From contig OY970192.1 of assembly GCA_963708135.1 (NCBI GenBank), positions 192,001 through 256,000 of the forward strand: a stretch of DNA of 64,000 bases, in the 5' to 3' direction. Of this stretch, positions 28,255 to 37,786 are shown piece by piece. Source of the stretch: an uncultured Gemmatimonadales bacterium (GTDB taxonomy: Bacteria; Gemmatimonadota; Gemmatimonadetes; Longimicrobiales; RSA9). Position 1 is the stretch's first letter, and each line of letters opens with the position of its first letter. The translations under genes and the position numbers were made by a program. The notes beneath the pieces were generated by a model, which made no database searches, was not told the DNA's origin, and saw only the letters and a program-made list of their open reading frames with translations.

Positions 28255-28428
28255 GTGCAAAACTCGCCGCTCGTCGCTGCCGCGGGATCGATGGTCGCCT
28301 CGCGCACGAATATCCAGTAGAACCCGCCAGTGGATCTCCGGGCGGTGGAGTTGGATCGAGTTGTGCTCCTGGGGCCGGCCGAATCCGCCAATCGAAGGGC
28401 GCCGGACGTCGAGCGGCGGGTCTTGCAC
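28255..28428. repeat. Tripartite palindromic element, family B (solo copy)
   Basis: 22-bp terminal IR GTGCAAAACTCGCCGCTCGTCG with 3 mismatches; left arms at about 28255, 28317, 28378. Confidence 0.7.
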
Positions 28429-28573
28429 CCATTGCCGGTGGGTGGCGGCGCCGCCGAGCGCCCAGGCCTCTTCGCTAACGCACGGCCGGCCGGCCGGCTG
28501 CGCAGCGGTGTCGACATGGCGCCCCCCGACGTGGCTGGCGCCACGGATCGGCGGAAACGGCCTGCCGGGCGCG

Positions 28574-28615
28574 GCGGGTGGATCCGACGGAGGCGCTGCG
28601 GGCGGAATAGGCGGA
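28574..28615 (+). repeat. Perfect 42-bp direct repeat of the permease 4 3' end (27700-27741)
   Basis: GCGGGTGGATCCGACGGAGGCGCTGCGGGCGGAATAGGCGGA is identical at both sites. Confidence 0.92.
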
Positions 28616-28833
28616 GTCGAGCGGCGCTCCTGGCGCTCGGCTCTGCCGGGCTTCTGCTCGGCGGCTGCCGTGCCCGGCGGATCCGTGCGCGAACGACCGG
28701 CCGCGCCGGCGTGTCGATGTGCGGCCCCTCCGATCGACGCATTGATGAAGGCGCGAACGGCCCCCGACGTGCGGCGACCACGATCGTACCGAGTGGGGGC
28801 GCGACGGCATCTCCCGGACCACGGAGGGAACAG

Positions 28834-29193
28834 ATGAAATACCTGATGCTCATCAAGCACTCGGAGAGCACGCGCTCGCAGCCGATCCCCGAGGGGCTCC
28901 TCGACGCCATGGGCGAATTCGTCGGCGAAGGGCTCAAGAGCGGCGTGATCGAGGAGACGGCCGGGCTCAAGCGCTCCGCCGAGGGGTTCCGCGTCCGCTC
29001 GAGCGGCGGGAAGCTGACCACCACCGACGGGCCGTTCACCGAAGCCAAGGAGCTCGTCGGCGGCTTCGCGATCGTCGAGGTCGAATCGGAGGCGAAAGCC
29101 CGCGAGGTGGCGCACCAGTTCATGGAGCTCCACCGGATCCACTGGCCGGAGTTCGTCGGCGAGTGCGAGGTGCGGCCGTTCGAGGACATGTAG
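28834..29193 (+). CDS. YciI/DGPF-family protein
   Basis: MKYLMLI...TDGPFTEAKELVGGFAI...EVRP; GGAGG RBS. Confidence 0.9.
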   Translation: MKYLMLIKHSESTRSQPIPEGLLDAMGEFVGEGLKSGVIEETAGLKRSAEGFRVRSSGGKLTTTDGPFTEAKELVGGFAIVEVESEAKAREVAHQFMELHRIHWPEFVGECEVRPFEDM

Positions 29194-29225
29194 CGACGGC
29201 CGCGAGACCGGCGCCGTCGCGTTCC

Positions 29226-29271
29226 TGTTGACTTCCGACACCAGGGCGCGCATTGTTGTCGGAAGCCGACA
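29226..29271 (+). promoter_or_regulatory. Promoter with two putative PadR operators 3
   Basis: TGTTGA-CTT-CCGACA and TGTCGG-AAG-CCGACA; TTGACT-17 nt-CATTGT overlaps the first and abuts the second. Confidence 0.65.
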
Positions 29272-29274
29272 GGA

Positions 29275-29313
29275 CGGGGCGCGGGGCGCGGGGCGCGGGG
29301 CGCGGGGCGCGGG
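29275..29313. repeat. Heptamer tandem repeat (CGGGGCG)x5
   Basis: Read directly in the padR3 leader. Confidence 0.85.
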
Positions 29314-29399
29314 CCCGGGACCGCAAGCGGGAGCGGGCGCGTGGCGCGCACACGCACACGCACCCGCACACGGGTGATCATGGCGAGACCGGAGGTCGT

Positions 29400-29735
29400 G
29401 TGGCCGAACCATCCTCTTCCGACGTCCTCCGCGGCACGCTCGACCTGCTGGTCCTGAAGACGCTGTCGCTCGCGCCGATGCACGGGTGGGGGATCAGCCA
29501 GCGGATCCAGCAGCTCTCGCGCGGGGTGCTGGAGGTGAACCAGGGCTCGCTCTATCCGGCGCTCCAGCGGCTGGAGCATCGGGGCCTGATCGAGAGCGAG
29601 TGGGACACGACGGCGCAGAACCGGCGCGCGAAGTACTACACGCTGACGCGGGCGGGACGGAAGGCGCTGGCGGCGGAAACGGAGAGCTGGCGCGGGTACG
29701 TCGCGGCGGTGGACTGGATCCTGGGGACAACGTGA
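29400..29735 (+). CDS. PadR-family regulator 3 (ADOP-associated type)
   Basis: VLRGTLDLLVLKTL, MHGWGI, QGSLYPALQRLE, NRRAKYY; GGAGG then GTG. Confidence 0.95.
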   Translation: MAEPSSSDVLRGTLDLLVLKTLSLAPMHGWGISQRIQQLSRGVLEVNQGSLYPALQRLEHRGLIESEWDTTAQNRRAKYYTLTRAGRKALAAETESWRGYVAAVDWILGTT

Positions 29736-29805
29736 GCCGCGCAATGGCGTTCGCGTCCGAAGGGCCTCCCGCAAGCACGGGCCACGCAACCGCAGGCGGT
29801 CCCGG

Positions 29806-32430
29806 GTGAGCGCGCTCAAGGCCCTCCGCGCCCGCCTTCGCTCCGCCTTCTTCCGCCGCGCGGCGGATCAATCCCTCTCCGAGGAGATCCGCTTCCACCT
29901 CGCCATGGAGACGGAGCGGCTCGTGCGCGAAGGGGTGGCGCCGGGCGAGGCGCGGCGGCGGGCGTACGTCGCCTTCGGGGGAGTCGAGCGCTACGTCGAG
30001 GAGGCGCGGGACGGGCGGCGGCTGGGCTGGGTGGAGAGCGTCTGGCGCGACCTGCGCCACGCGCTCCGGCGCCTCGCCCGCTCGCCGGGTTTCGCTCTGG
30101 CGGTGATTCTCTCTCTGGCACTCGGCGTCGGCGCGAACGCGTCCGTTTTCGCGCTGATCCGGGGCGTGCTGCTGCGGCCGCTGCCGTATGCGCATCCGGA
30201 TCGGTTGGTCTCGATCGGCCGGCCGAACGACGGGCGGACGAACTGGGTGTCGTTCCCCGATGACGCCGAGGCGTGGCGCCGCGGCGCCCGAACGCTGGTC
30301 GCGGTGGCGAAGTTCATGGACACGCGCGGCGCAGTGCGAGGCGTGGGGACGGCAGAGTACGCGAAGGGCGCCGCGGCCACCGGCAACCTGCTTGACGTTC
30401 TCGGCGTTCATCCGCTGCTGGGGCGCTGGTTCACATCGGAAGAGGTCCGCGGCGCCGGGCGGTTCGTCGTGTTGAGCCGGGAGCTCTGGGAGCGTCAGCT
30501 TGCCGGCGACCCGCGGGCGATCGGACGATCCATCGAGATCGATGGCGTGCGGCGGACGGTGGTCGGCGTGCTGCCACGGGGGGTCGGCCTGCCACTGGAC
30601 GCGGAGTACTGGATTCCCGGACCGCGGCTGGAAATGGGCGAGGTCGTCGCCCGGGCACGGCCGGGCGCCTCGCTCACCGCGATCCGGCGCGAGCTCACGC
30701 GGCTATCGCCAACGACCTACTCCCGGGCAAAGCTGCATTTGCCAACGGCCATCGTCGTCGCACCGCTGCGCGAGCGGCTGTACGGCTCCCATGGCCCGGC
30801 GCTGCGCTTGCTCCTCGGCGCGGTGCTGCTGCTCTTCCTGATCGCATGCGCGAACATCTCGAGCCTCGCGCTCGCCCGCACCGTGGAGCGCCGCCACGAG
30901 CTGGCGATCCGCGTCAGCCTGGGCGCGAGCCGGCGCGCCCTCGTGCGGGATGTCTTCGCCGAGAACCTGCTGCTGGCGCTGGCGGGCGGTGGCGCGGGAA
31001 TCCTCGTCGCGGTGTGGAGCACGCGGCTGTTCCTCCACCTGAGCCCGGTCTCGATCGCGCGGCTGCCGGGGATCGGCGTCGGGGCGACGAGCATCGGATA
31101 CGCCGCGGGGCTCGCCCTGCTTGCGGCCGGCGTGGTCAGCATCGCGCCCGCGCTCGCGCTCACGCGCGGCTCGCTCAACCCGGCGCTCGGGGGCGAGGCG
31201 GCTCTCGGGACAGGGCCGCAGCGGATGCGCAAGGCGCTCATGGTCGCGCAGCTTGCCGTCGCCTTGCTGCTCCTCACCGGGTGCGGGCTGCTCGTCCGCA
31301 GCATGGAACGGCTGGAGAGCACCGATCTCGGCTTCAACCCGCGCGGGCTGGTCGTCCTTCACCTCGATCTTGCGATCCCACAGTACCGGGATACCGCGGC
31401 GCGCTCGCTCTTCGTGCGCGAGCTGACGGGCGCGGTCGGCGCGCTGCCCGGCGTCCGCTCGATGGCCAACGGGCCCCCGCCGCTCGTCGCGGGCCGGGGG
31501 GACCGTGGCTACTCCGAGGGCTTCGACGCGCTGTTCAGCCGTCGTGACCCGTCGGATCCGACGGCCCGGGGGGGCAACGTCTGGGTCAAGTACGTGGATC
31601 CCGACTACCTGTGGACCTTCCGCATTCGGATCCTCGCCGGCCGCGGGATCCGACCAGGCGACGACGCCGGCGCGCCCCCCGTCGCCCTCCTCAACGCCGC
31701 GGCGGCGAAGCTCTTCTTCCCGGGCGAGTCCGCGGTGGGCCGCACGGTCCCCGGGATCCCGCCGCAGATCCAGGGCGACGGCGGACCCGTCACCGTCGTC
31801 GGCGTGCTCTCGGATGTGCGCCAGCGGGACGTGACGCTCGCGGCGGAGCCGGAGATCTGGATGCCGAGGGCCCAGCACCCCGGCGGCTTCGCGCCGATCG
31901 ACCTCACGATCCGCACGACCGGCGACCCGCGGCCCATCGTGCGATCGATCCGCCGCACGATCGCGCAGCTCGACGCGGACCTCGCCCCGGAGCGGCTGTC
32001 CACCATGAGCAGCATCATCGCCGGCGACATCGCCCCGCAGCGCTTCCTGTTCGTGCTCTTCTCCGCCTTTGCCGCGCTGGCGCTGGCGATCGCGGTGGTG
32101 GGCCTCGCGGGCGTCGTCTCCTATCTGACGGAGCGGCGCACGGCGGAGATCGGCGTCCGCATGGCGCTGGGCGCGCGCCGCGCAGAGGTGGTGCGGATGG
32201 TGGTGGCGGATGCGGTGCGCCTCGTTGCCCTCGGCATCGCCGCCGGGCTGCCGCTGTCGCTCGCCGCGAGCCAGCTGCTGGCGCGGTTCCTCTACGAGGT
32301 GAGCCCGCGCGACGCGGATGCCTTCCTCGCCGCCCCGGCCGTGCTCGGCGTGGCCGCGCTCGTCGCTGCATACCTGCCGGCACGAGACGCCGCGAAGGTG
32401 GACCCGATGGTGGCGCTGAGGTCGGAGTGA
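29806..32430 (+). CDS. ADOP permease 5 with N-terminal prefix domain
   Basis: EEIRFHL...EARRRA...FGG prefix; IACANI; EIGVRMALGA; DPMVALRSE. Confidence 0.93.
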   Translation: MSALKALRARLRSAFFRRAADQSLSEEIRFHLAMETERLVREGVAPGEARRRAYVAFGGVERYVEEARDGRRLGWVESVWRDLRHALRRLARSPGFALAVILSLALGVGANASVFALIRGVLLRPLPYAHPDRLVSIGRPNDGRTNWVSFPDDAEAWRRGARTLVAVAKFMDTRGAVRGVGTAEYAKGAAATGNLLDVLGVHPLLGRWFTSEEVRGAGRFVVLSRELWERQLAGDPRAIGRSIEIDGVRRTVVGVLPRGVGLPLDAEYWIPGPRLEMGEVVARARPGASLTAIRRELTRLSPTTYSRAKLHLPTAIVVAPLRERLYGSHGPALRLLLGAVLLLFLIACANISSLALARTVERRHELAIRVSLGASRRALVRDVFAENLLLALAGGGAGILVAVWSTRLFLHLSPVSIARLPGIGVGATSIGYAAGLALLAAGVVSIAPALALTRGSLNPALGGEAALGTGPQRMRKALMVAQLAVALLLLTGCGLLVRSMERLESTDLGFNPRGLVVLHLDLAIPQYRDTAARSLFVRELTGAVGALPGVRSMANGPPPLVAGRGDRGYSEGFDALFSRRDPSDPTARGGNVWVKYVDPDYLWTFRIRILAGRGIRPGDDAGAPPVALLNAAAAKLFFPGESAVGRTVPGIPPQIQGDGGPVTVVGVLSDVRQRDVTLAAEPEIWMPRAQHPGGFAPIDLTIRTTGDPRPIVRSIRRTIAQLDADLAPERLSTMSSIIAGDIAPQRFLFVLFSAFAALALAIAVVGLAGVVSYLTERRTAEIGVRMALGARRAEVVRMVVADAVRLVALGIAAGLPLSLAASQLLARFLYEVSPRDADAFLAAPAVLGVAALVAAYLPARDAAKVDPMVALRSE

Positions 32431-32479
32431 GATCAGGCGTCCGGCCAGGGCGGGTCGTTGCCGCCGGGATAGCGCGGCC

Positions 32480-35158
32480 ATGAGCCTCCTTCACGGCCTC
32501 CGCGCCCGTCTTCGCTCCGCCTTCTTCCGCCGCGCGGCCGAGGGCGACCTCGCCGAGGAGATCAGCTTCCACCTCGAGTTGGAGACGGAGCGGCTCGTGC
32601 GCGAGGGGGTGGCGCCGGGCGAGGCGCGGCGGCGGGCGTACGTCGCCTTCGGGGGAGTCGAGCGCTACGTCGAGGAGGCGCGGGACGGGCGGCGGCTGGG
32701 CTGGGTCGAGGATGTCTGGCGGGACCTCAGGCTGGCCGGCCGCGGCCTCGCGCGGCGCCCGGGGCTCGCGGCGGCGGCGGTGGTTTCGCTCGGCGTCGGG
32801 ATCGGCCTCACCGCATCGATGTTCGCGGTCGTGGACTCGGTGTTCTATCGGCCGCTGCCGGTGCCGGAGGCGGGACGGCTGGTTGCGGTCTACGTCGCGC
32901 ACGGTGAGAGCCGCTACGGCGCCGCGTCCTATCCGGAGTACCTCGAGCTGCGCGAGCACACGCGCACGCTCGAGGGGCTCACCGCGTTCTCCTTTATGGG
33001 GATGAGCGCGACGCTGCGCGTGGGTGGCGCGGCGCGCCAGCGCAGGCTCGGCGTCGTCGCCGGCAACTTCTTCGACGTGCTGCGGCTGCGACCCGTCGCC
33101 GGGCGCTTCTTCTTGCCGGACGAGGACCGGATGCCGGACGCGGACCCGGTGGCGGTGGTGAGCTACGACTTCTGGCGGCGCGAGCTGGGCGGGGACGCTG
33201 GGGCGATCGGGAGCCGGATCAAGATCGACCGGCGCCCGTTCACGGTGATCGGGGTGGCGCCGCGGGGATTCGCCGGGCCGATGCCGGGGTGGGGCGTCGC
33301 CTTCAATGTCTACATCCCGATGGGGATGCGGGGCTCGCTCTCCGGCACGGGCGCCGGGGCCGACCTCGGGCGCACGGCGCGCTGGGGCACGCTGATCGGG
33401 CGGATGCGGACGGGCGTCACACTCCGGCAGGTCCGGGCCGAGTTGGCGGGGATGGCGGCCAGGCTCGCGCGCGCCTACCCGGAGACGGATGGCGAGCGCA
33501 CCGTCGAGGTGGGCCCGCTGCGCGGGATGCGGCCCGACCTGGCGCGGGGCAACTGGCCGATGCTCCTCGCCCTCATGGGCGTGGTGCTCGTGGTGCTCCT
33601 GATCTCGTGCGCCAACGTGGCGGGGCTGCTGCTCGTGCGCGCGGCGGGCCGTCGCCGCGAGGTCGGGATCCGGCTCTCGCTCGGCGCCGGCCGGGCGGTC
33701 CTCATCCGCGCGCTGCTGGCCGAGAGCATGCTCCTCGCGCTGCTCGGCGGCGTGCTCGGCGTCCTGCTCGCGGAGTGGGGCACGCGGGCGCTGCGCGTCC
33801 TCTTCATGACCCCGGTGATGGTCCGGCTGCAGGCGCACTTCGACGTCTCGCCGGACGTACGCGTGCTCGCCTTCACCGCCGCCATCGCGCTCGCGTCCGG
33901 ACTTCTGTCGGGGCTGCTTCCAGCGCTGGCCTCGGCGCGGCTGGAGCCGCTGCGCGCGCTCCGGGGAGAGAGCCGCCCCGGTGGGCGACGGCCCACCACG
34001 GGCGCCGTCGTCGTCGTGGTCCAGGTGGCCCTCGCCGTGCTGCTGCTCACGGTGGCCGGCGTGTTCCTCCGGGGGATGCAGGCCGCGCTGGCCGTGAACC
34101 CGGGCTTCCACGCCGCCGGCGTCTGGACCGCCTGGGTCTCGCCGCACGGCCCCCGGTACGATTCCATTCGGACGGCGACGTTCCAGGCCGAGCTCCTCCG
34201 GCGGCTGCGCGCCTCGCCGGGGATCGAGGCCGCCGGGCTCGGCTCGAGCGAGGTGCTCGGCTTCGGTGGCCCGCCCGTGCCGGTCGGCCTTCCGGGAGAG
34301 GCGCCGGGGCGGCCGGAGCCCACCGCGTACGAGAACTACGTGACGCCGGAGCTCACGGGCATGCTCGGCGTACCGCTCCTGCGTGGCCGCGCGCTGGATT
34401 CCGGCGACCGCGCCGGCGCGCCCGCAGTGGCGGTCGTGAGCGCGGCTCTCGCGCGCCGGCTCTGGCCGCGCGGCGATGCGCTCGGCAAGCATTTCGTGGC
34501 CGGCGGCCGCGCGGCCGAGGTGGTCGGGATCGTGGCGGACGCGAAGTACGTGGCGGATCGTGATGCCGGGGTGTCCTACATCTTCCTCCCCTTCGCGCAG
34601 CAGCCCGCCGCATCTCGTGGCACGGTGGTCTACCTGCGTCCGGTGGGCGGAGACGGAAGGCTCGCCGCGGCGGCGCTGGCGGGAGCGGTGCGCGCGCTCG
34701 ATCCCGACGTCCCCTTCGACGATCCGACGCCGCTCACGGAGGCGCTGCACGTCTCGCTGACGGCGACGCGGATCATGGGCGTGCTGGCGAGTGCTTCCGC
34801 CGCTCTCGCGCTGGTGCTCGCCGCCATCGGGCTCTTCGCGCTGCTGGCGTTCGCGGTCGCGCGCCGCACCCGGGAGATCGGCGTGCGTATGGCACTGGGC
34901 GCGCGCGGCGGCGACGTGCGCCGGGTCGTCGCCCGGCAGGGGCTCGTGCTGGTCGGGATCGGCATGCTGATCGGCGTCCCCGCCGGGCTCGCCGCGTGGC
35001 GCATCCTGCGGGGGCTCGTGGAGGGCGTCGGGCGGGTGGACGCCGCGAGCCTCGGCGCGGTGGTGGTGATTCTCGCCGCAGTGGCGCTCGCCGCGACGTG
35101 GATCCCGGCCCGCAGGGCCGCGCGCGCGGACCCGATGGTGGCCCTGCGGGCGGAATAG
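32480..35158 (+). CDS. ADOP permease 6 with N-terminal prefix domain
   Basis: Same prefix; ISCANV; REIGVRMALGA; DPMVALRAE. Confidence 0.93.
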   Translation: MSLLHGLRARLRSAFFRRAAEGDLAEEISFHLELETERLVREGVAPGEARRRAYVAFGGVERYVEEARDGRRLGWVEDVWRDLRLAGRGLARRPGLAAAAVVSLGVGIGLTASMFAVVDSVFYRPLPVPEAGRLVAVYVAHGESRYGAASYPEYLELREHTRTLEGLTAFSFMGMSATLRVGGAARQRRLGVVAGNFFDVLRLRPVAGRFFLPDEDRMPDADPVAVVSYDFWRRELGGDAGAIGSRIKIDRRPFTVIGVAPRGFAGPMPGWGVAFNVYIPMGMRGSLSGTGAGADLGRTARWGTLIGRMRTGVTLRQVRAELAGMAARLARAYPETDGERTVEVGPLRGMRPDLARGNWPMLLALMGVVLVVLLISCANVAGLLLVRAAGRRREVGIRLSLGAGRAVLIRALLAESMLLALLGGVLGVLLAEWGTRALRVLFMTPVMVRLQAHFDVSPDVRVLAFTAAIALASGLLSGLLPALASARLEPLRALRGESRPGGRRPTTGAVVVVVQVALAVLLLTVAGVFLRGMQAALAVNPGFHAAGVWTAWVSPHGPRYDSIRTATFQAELLRRLRASPGIEAAGLGSSEVLGFGGPPVPVGLPGEAPGRPEPTAYENYVTPELTGMLGVPLLRGRALDSGDRAGAPAVAVVSAALARRLWPRGDALGKHFVAGGRAAEVVGIVADAKYVADRDAGVSYIFLPFAQQPAASRGTVVYLRPVGGDGRLAAAALAGAVRALDPDVPFDDPTPLTEALHVSLTATRIMGVLASASAALALVLAAIGLFALLAFAVARRTREIGVRMALGARGGDVRRVVARQGLVLVGIGMLIGVPAGLAAWRILRGLVEGVGRVDAASLGAVVVILAAVALAATWIPARRAARADPMVALRAE

Positions 35159-35160
35159 GG

Positions 35161-37575
35161 CTACTCCACCCCCAGCGTCCGCACCGCATCCACCCGCGCC
35201 GCCGCGCGGGCGGGGATCCACACGGCGGCCAGCGCCACGGCGCCGAGCAGCGCGGCGGCGGCGGCGAGGGTGGCCGGGTCGTCGGGCGCGACGGCGAAGA
35301 GGAGGGAGCTCATGAGGCGGGTCAGCAGCACGGCGCCCGCGGCGCCCGCGGCGAGCCCGAGGGCGACGGGGGCCATGCCCTGCCGGATGAGGAGGCCCAC
35401 GACGTCGCCTGCGCGGGCGCCGAGGGCGAGGCGGATGCCGATCTCGTGCGTACGCTGCCTCACCTGGTAGGAGAGCACGCCGTAGATCCCGAGGGCGGCG
35501 AGCAGCAGGGCGAGCGCGGCGAAGGTGGCGAGCAGCGTCGCCAGGAAGCGCGGCGTCGTGATCGACTCGGAGAGAGCGCCCTCGAGCGATGTGATCCGGG
35601 CGATCGGCTGGTCCGGATCCATGTCCGCCACGATGCGGCGCACGGCCGGGGCGAGCGCGAGCGCCTTCCCCGTCGTGTGCAGCACGTACGTCAGCGCGCG
35701 GCGGGGGGTCTGCTGCTCGGCGACGTAGACGATCGGCGGCGGCGGCGCGCGCAGCTCGCGCTGGCGCACATCGCCGACCACGCCGACGACGGGCAGCGGC
35801 CCACCGCCGCCGAAGTCGATCGTGTGGCCGACCGGGTCCGCGGCCCCGAACGCCGCGCGCGCCAGCGTGCGATTGATCACGAGCACGAGCGGGGCGTCCG
35901 CCCGGTCCTGCTCCTCGATGGCCCGCCCACGCACGAGCGGGATGCCCATGGTGCGGAAGAAGCCGGGCGTCACCTGGATGAGGTCGGCGCTCGGGTTCCG
36001 ATCCGGGTCCACGCCGCTGCCGGGCACGGTCCAGCCGTGGTCCTCCACGCCGCCGTCGAGCGGCAGGAAGCGGGTCGCGGCCACCGCGCGCACCCCCGGC
36101 AGCGCGCCGAGCCGGCGCATGAGCTCGTGGTGGAAGGCCATGTAGCCGGGGCGCGTCGGGTACTTCACATCGCTGATCGTGAGCGTCACCACCAGCCGGT
36201 CGGCCGTGGCGAAGCCGGGATCCACGCTCCGCAGCGACCACAGGCTCCGCAGCAGCAGCCCCGCGCCGGCGAGGAGCACGAGCGAGAGCGCCACCTCGGC
36301 GACGACGAGAGCCCGCCTCGCCCGCCCGTGCGCCGCCGTCGCGCCGCGTCCGCCCTCGCGGAGCACCGACGCCAGGCGGGGGCGCGATGCGCCCCACGCT
36401 GGCAGCAGCCCGAACAGGAGCCCCGTCAGGAGCGAGGCGACGAGGGCGAAGAGCAGCACCTGCGCGTCGGGCCGCACCTCCGCGGCCCGGGGCAGCAGCC
36501 CGTCGGCGCGCGCGAGTAGCGCGGCCACGCCCCAGAACGCCAGGACGAGGCCGAGCGCCCCGCCGACGAGGCCGAGGAGCAGGTTCTCCACCAGCAGCTG
36601 GCGGAGCAGCCGCGCCCGGCCGGCGCCCAGGGCGGCGCGCACCGCCACCTCCCGCCGCCGCGCCGTGCCGCGGGCCAGGACCAGGTTCGCCACGTTGGCG
36701 CACGCGATGAGCAGGATCAGCATCGTCGCCCCGAGCAGGACGAGGAGGGCGAGCCGGACGTCCCCGACCATGGCCTCGCGGAGCGGCTGCACGGTGGCCG
36801 CCGTGAGGTCGGCGTTGGTCTGCGGGTGCTCGGCCGCGAGTGCGCGCGCCACGCCGGACAGCTCCGCGCGCGCCTGCGCGACGCTCACCCCCGGCCGGAG
36901 CCGGCCGACCGCGCTCAGCAGCCGCACGACCCGTAGCTGGAGCGGGATCGAGCTCTGCGGGACGGTCGAGAGGAAGACCCATGCCTCGATGTCGTGGCTC
37001 GGGAAGCCGAACGCCGGCGGCATGATCCCCACCACGGTGTACGGCACGCCCGCGAGCAGGATGCGCGAGCCGACGAGCCCCGGGTCCGCGCCGAAGCGCG
37101 TGCGCCACGCCGCGTCGCTCAGCACGATCACGTGGTTGGCCCCCTTCTCCTCGACCGGCAGCAGCGTGCGCCCGAGCTCGGCCGGCACGCCCAGCGTCTC
37201 GAAGAAGCCCGCCGACACGTGCGCCGTCGGCAGCGCCTCCGCCTGTCCGCGCCCGGTCAGAACCACGTCGCTCGGGATCGTGCTGTACAGTCCAAGCGAC
37301 ACGAGCGACCGCGAGTGCGCCGCCCAGTCCTCGAAGTCCGGCACCGAGAACCCCATCCGCGCCTGCCCGTCGCGCGGCGCCGCCGGCCACACCCGCACCA
37401 GCCGGTCGGGCGAGGGAAAGGGGAGCGGCCGGAGCAGCACGCCGCGCACGACGGTGAAGATCGCCGTCGTCCCGCCAATGCCGAGCGCCAGCGTGAGCGC
37501 CGCGATCGCCGTGAAGCCGCGCGCGCGCCGGAGCTGGCGCGCGCCGTGACGCAGGTCCTGGAGGAGGGCGTCCAT
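35161..37575 (-). CDS. ADOP permease 7
   Basis: MDALLQDLRHG, LALGIGGTTAIF, IACANVANL, HEIGIRLALGA. Confidence 0.93.
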   Translation of the reverse strand: MDALLQDLRHGARQLRRARGFTAIAALTLALGIGGTTAIFTVVRGVLLRPLPFPSPDRLVRVWPAAPRDGQARMGFSVPDFEDWAAHSRSLVSLGLYSTIPSDVVLTGRGQAEALPTAHVSAGFFETLGVPAELGRTLLPVEEKGANHVIVLSDAAWRTRFGADPGLVGSRILLAGVPYTVVGIMPPAFGFPSHDIEAWVFLSTVPQSSIPLQLRVVRLLSAVGRLRPGVSVAQARAELSGVARALAAEHPQTNADLTAATVQPLREAMVGDVRLALLVLLGATMLILLIACANVANLVLARGTARRREVAVRAALGAGRARLLRQLLVENLLLGLVGGALGLVLAFWGVAALLARADGLLPRAAEVRPDAQVLLFALVASLLTGLLFGLLPAWGASRPRLASVLREGGRGATAAHGRARRALVVAEVALSLVLLAGAGLLLRSLWSLRSVDPGFATADRLVVTLTISDVKYPTRPGYMAFHHELMRRLGALPGVRAVAATRFLPLDGGVEDHGWTVPGSGVDPDRNPSADLIQVTPGFFRTMGIPLVRGRAIEEQDRADAPLVLVINRTLARAAFGAADPVGHTIDFGGGGPLPVVGVVGDVRQRELRAPPPPIVYVAEQQTPRRALTYVLHTTGKALALAPAVRRIVADMDPDQPIARITSLEGALSESITTPRFLATLLATFAALALLLAALGIYGVLSYQVRQRTHEIGIRLALGARAGDVVGLLIRQGMAPVALGLAAGAAGAVLLTRLMSSLLFAVAPDDPATLAAAAALLGAVALAAVWIPARAAARVDAVRTLGVE

Positions 37576-37786
37576 GGGCGGCTCCCAGGGCTGGGGTGAG
37601 GGTATCGGGGCTCGGGGGCAAGCGGTGGTCCAGGCGGGCGTGTTGGATCCAAGTTGCGACGGAGCAACGATTTGCGAATGGGGGCGGTGGCGCCGCCGCG
37701 CGCGCGGGGGTGTCCGCTGGCGGGACGGGTGGTCCCGCGGGGGGGCGGGGGGGGGTGGGGGAGGGCGGGGGAGCGGGCGCGGTTTG

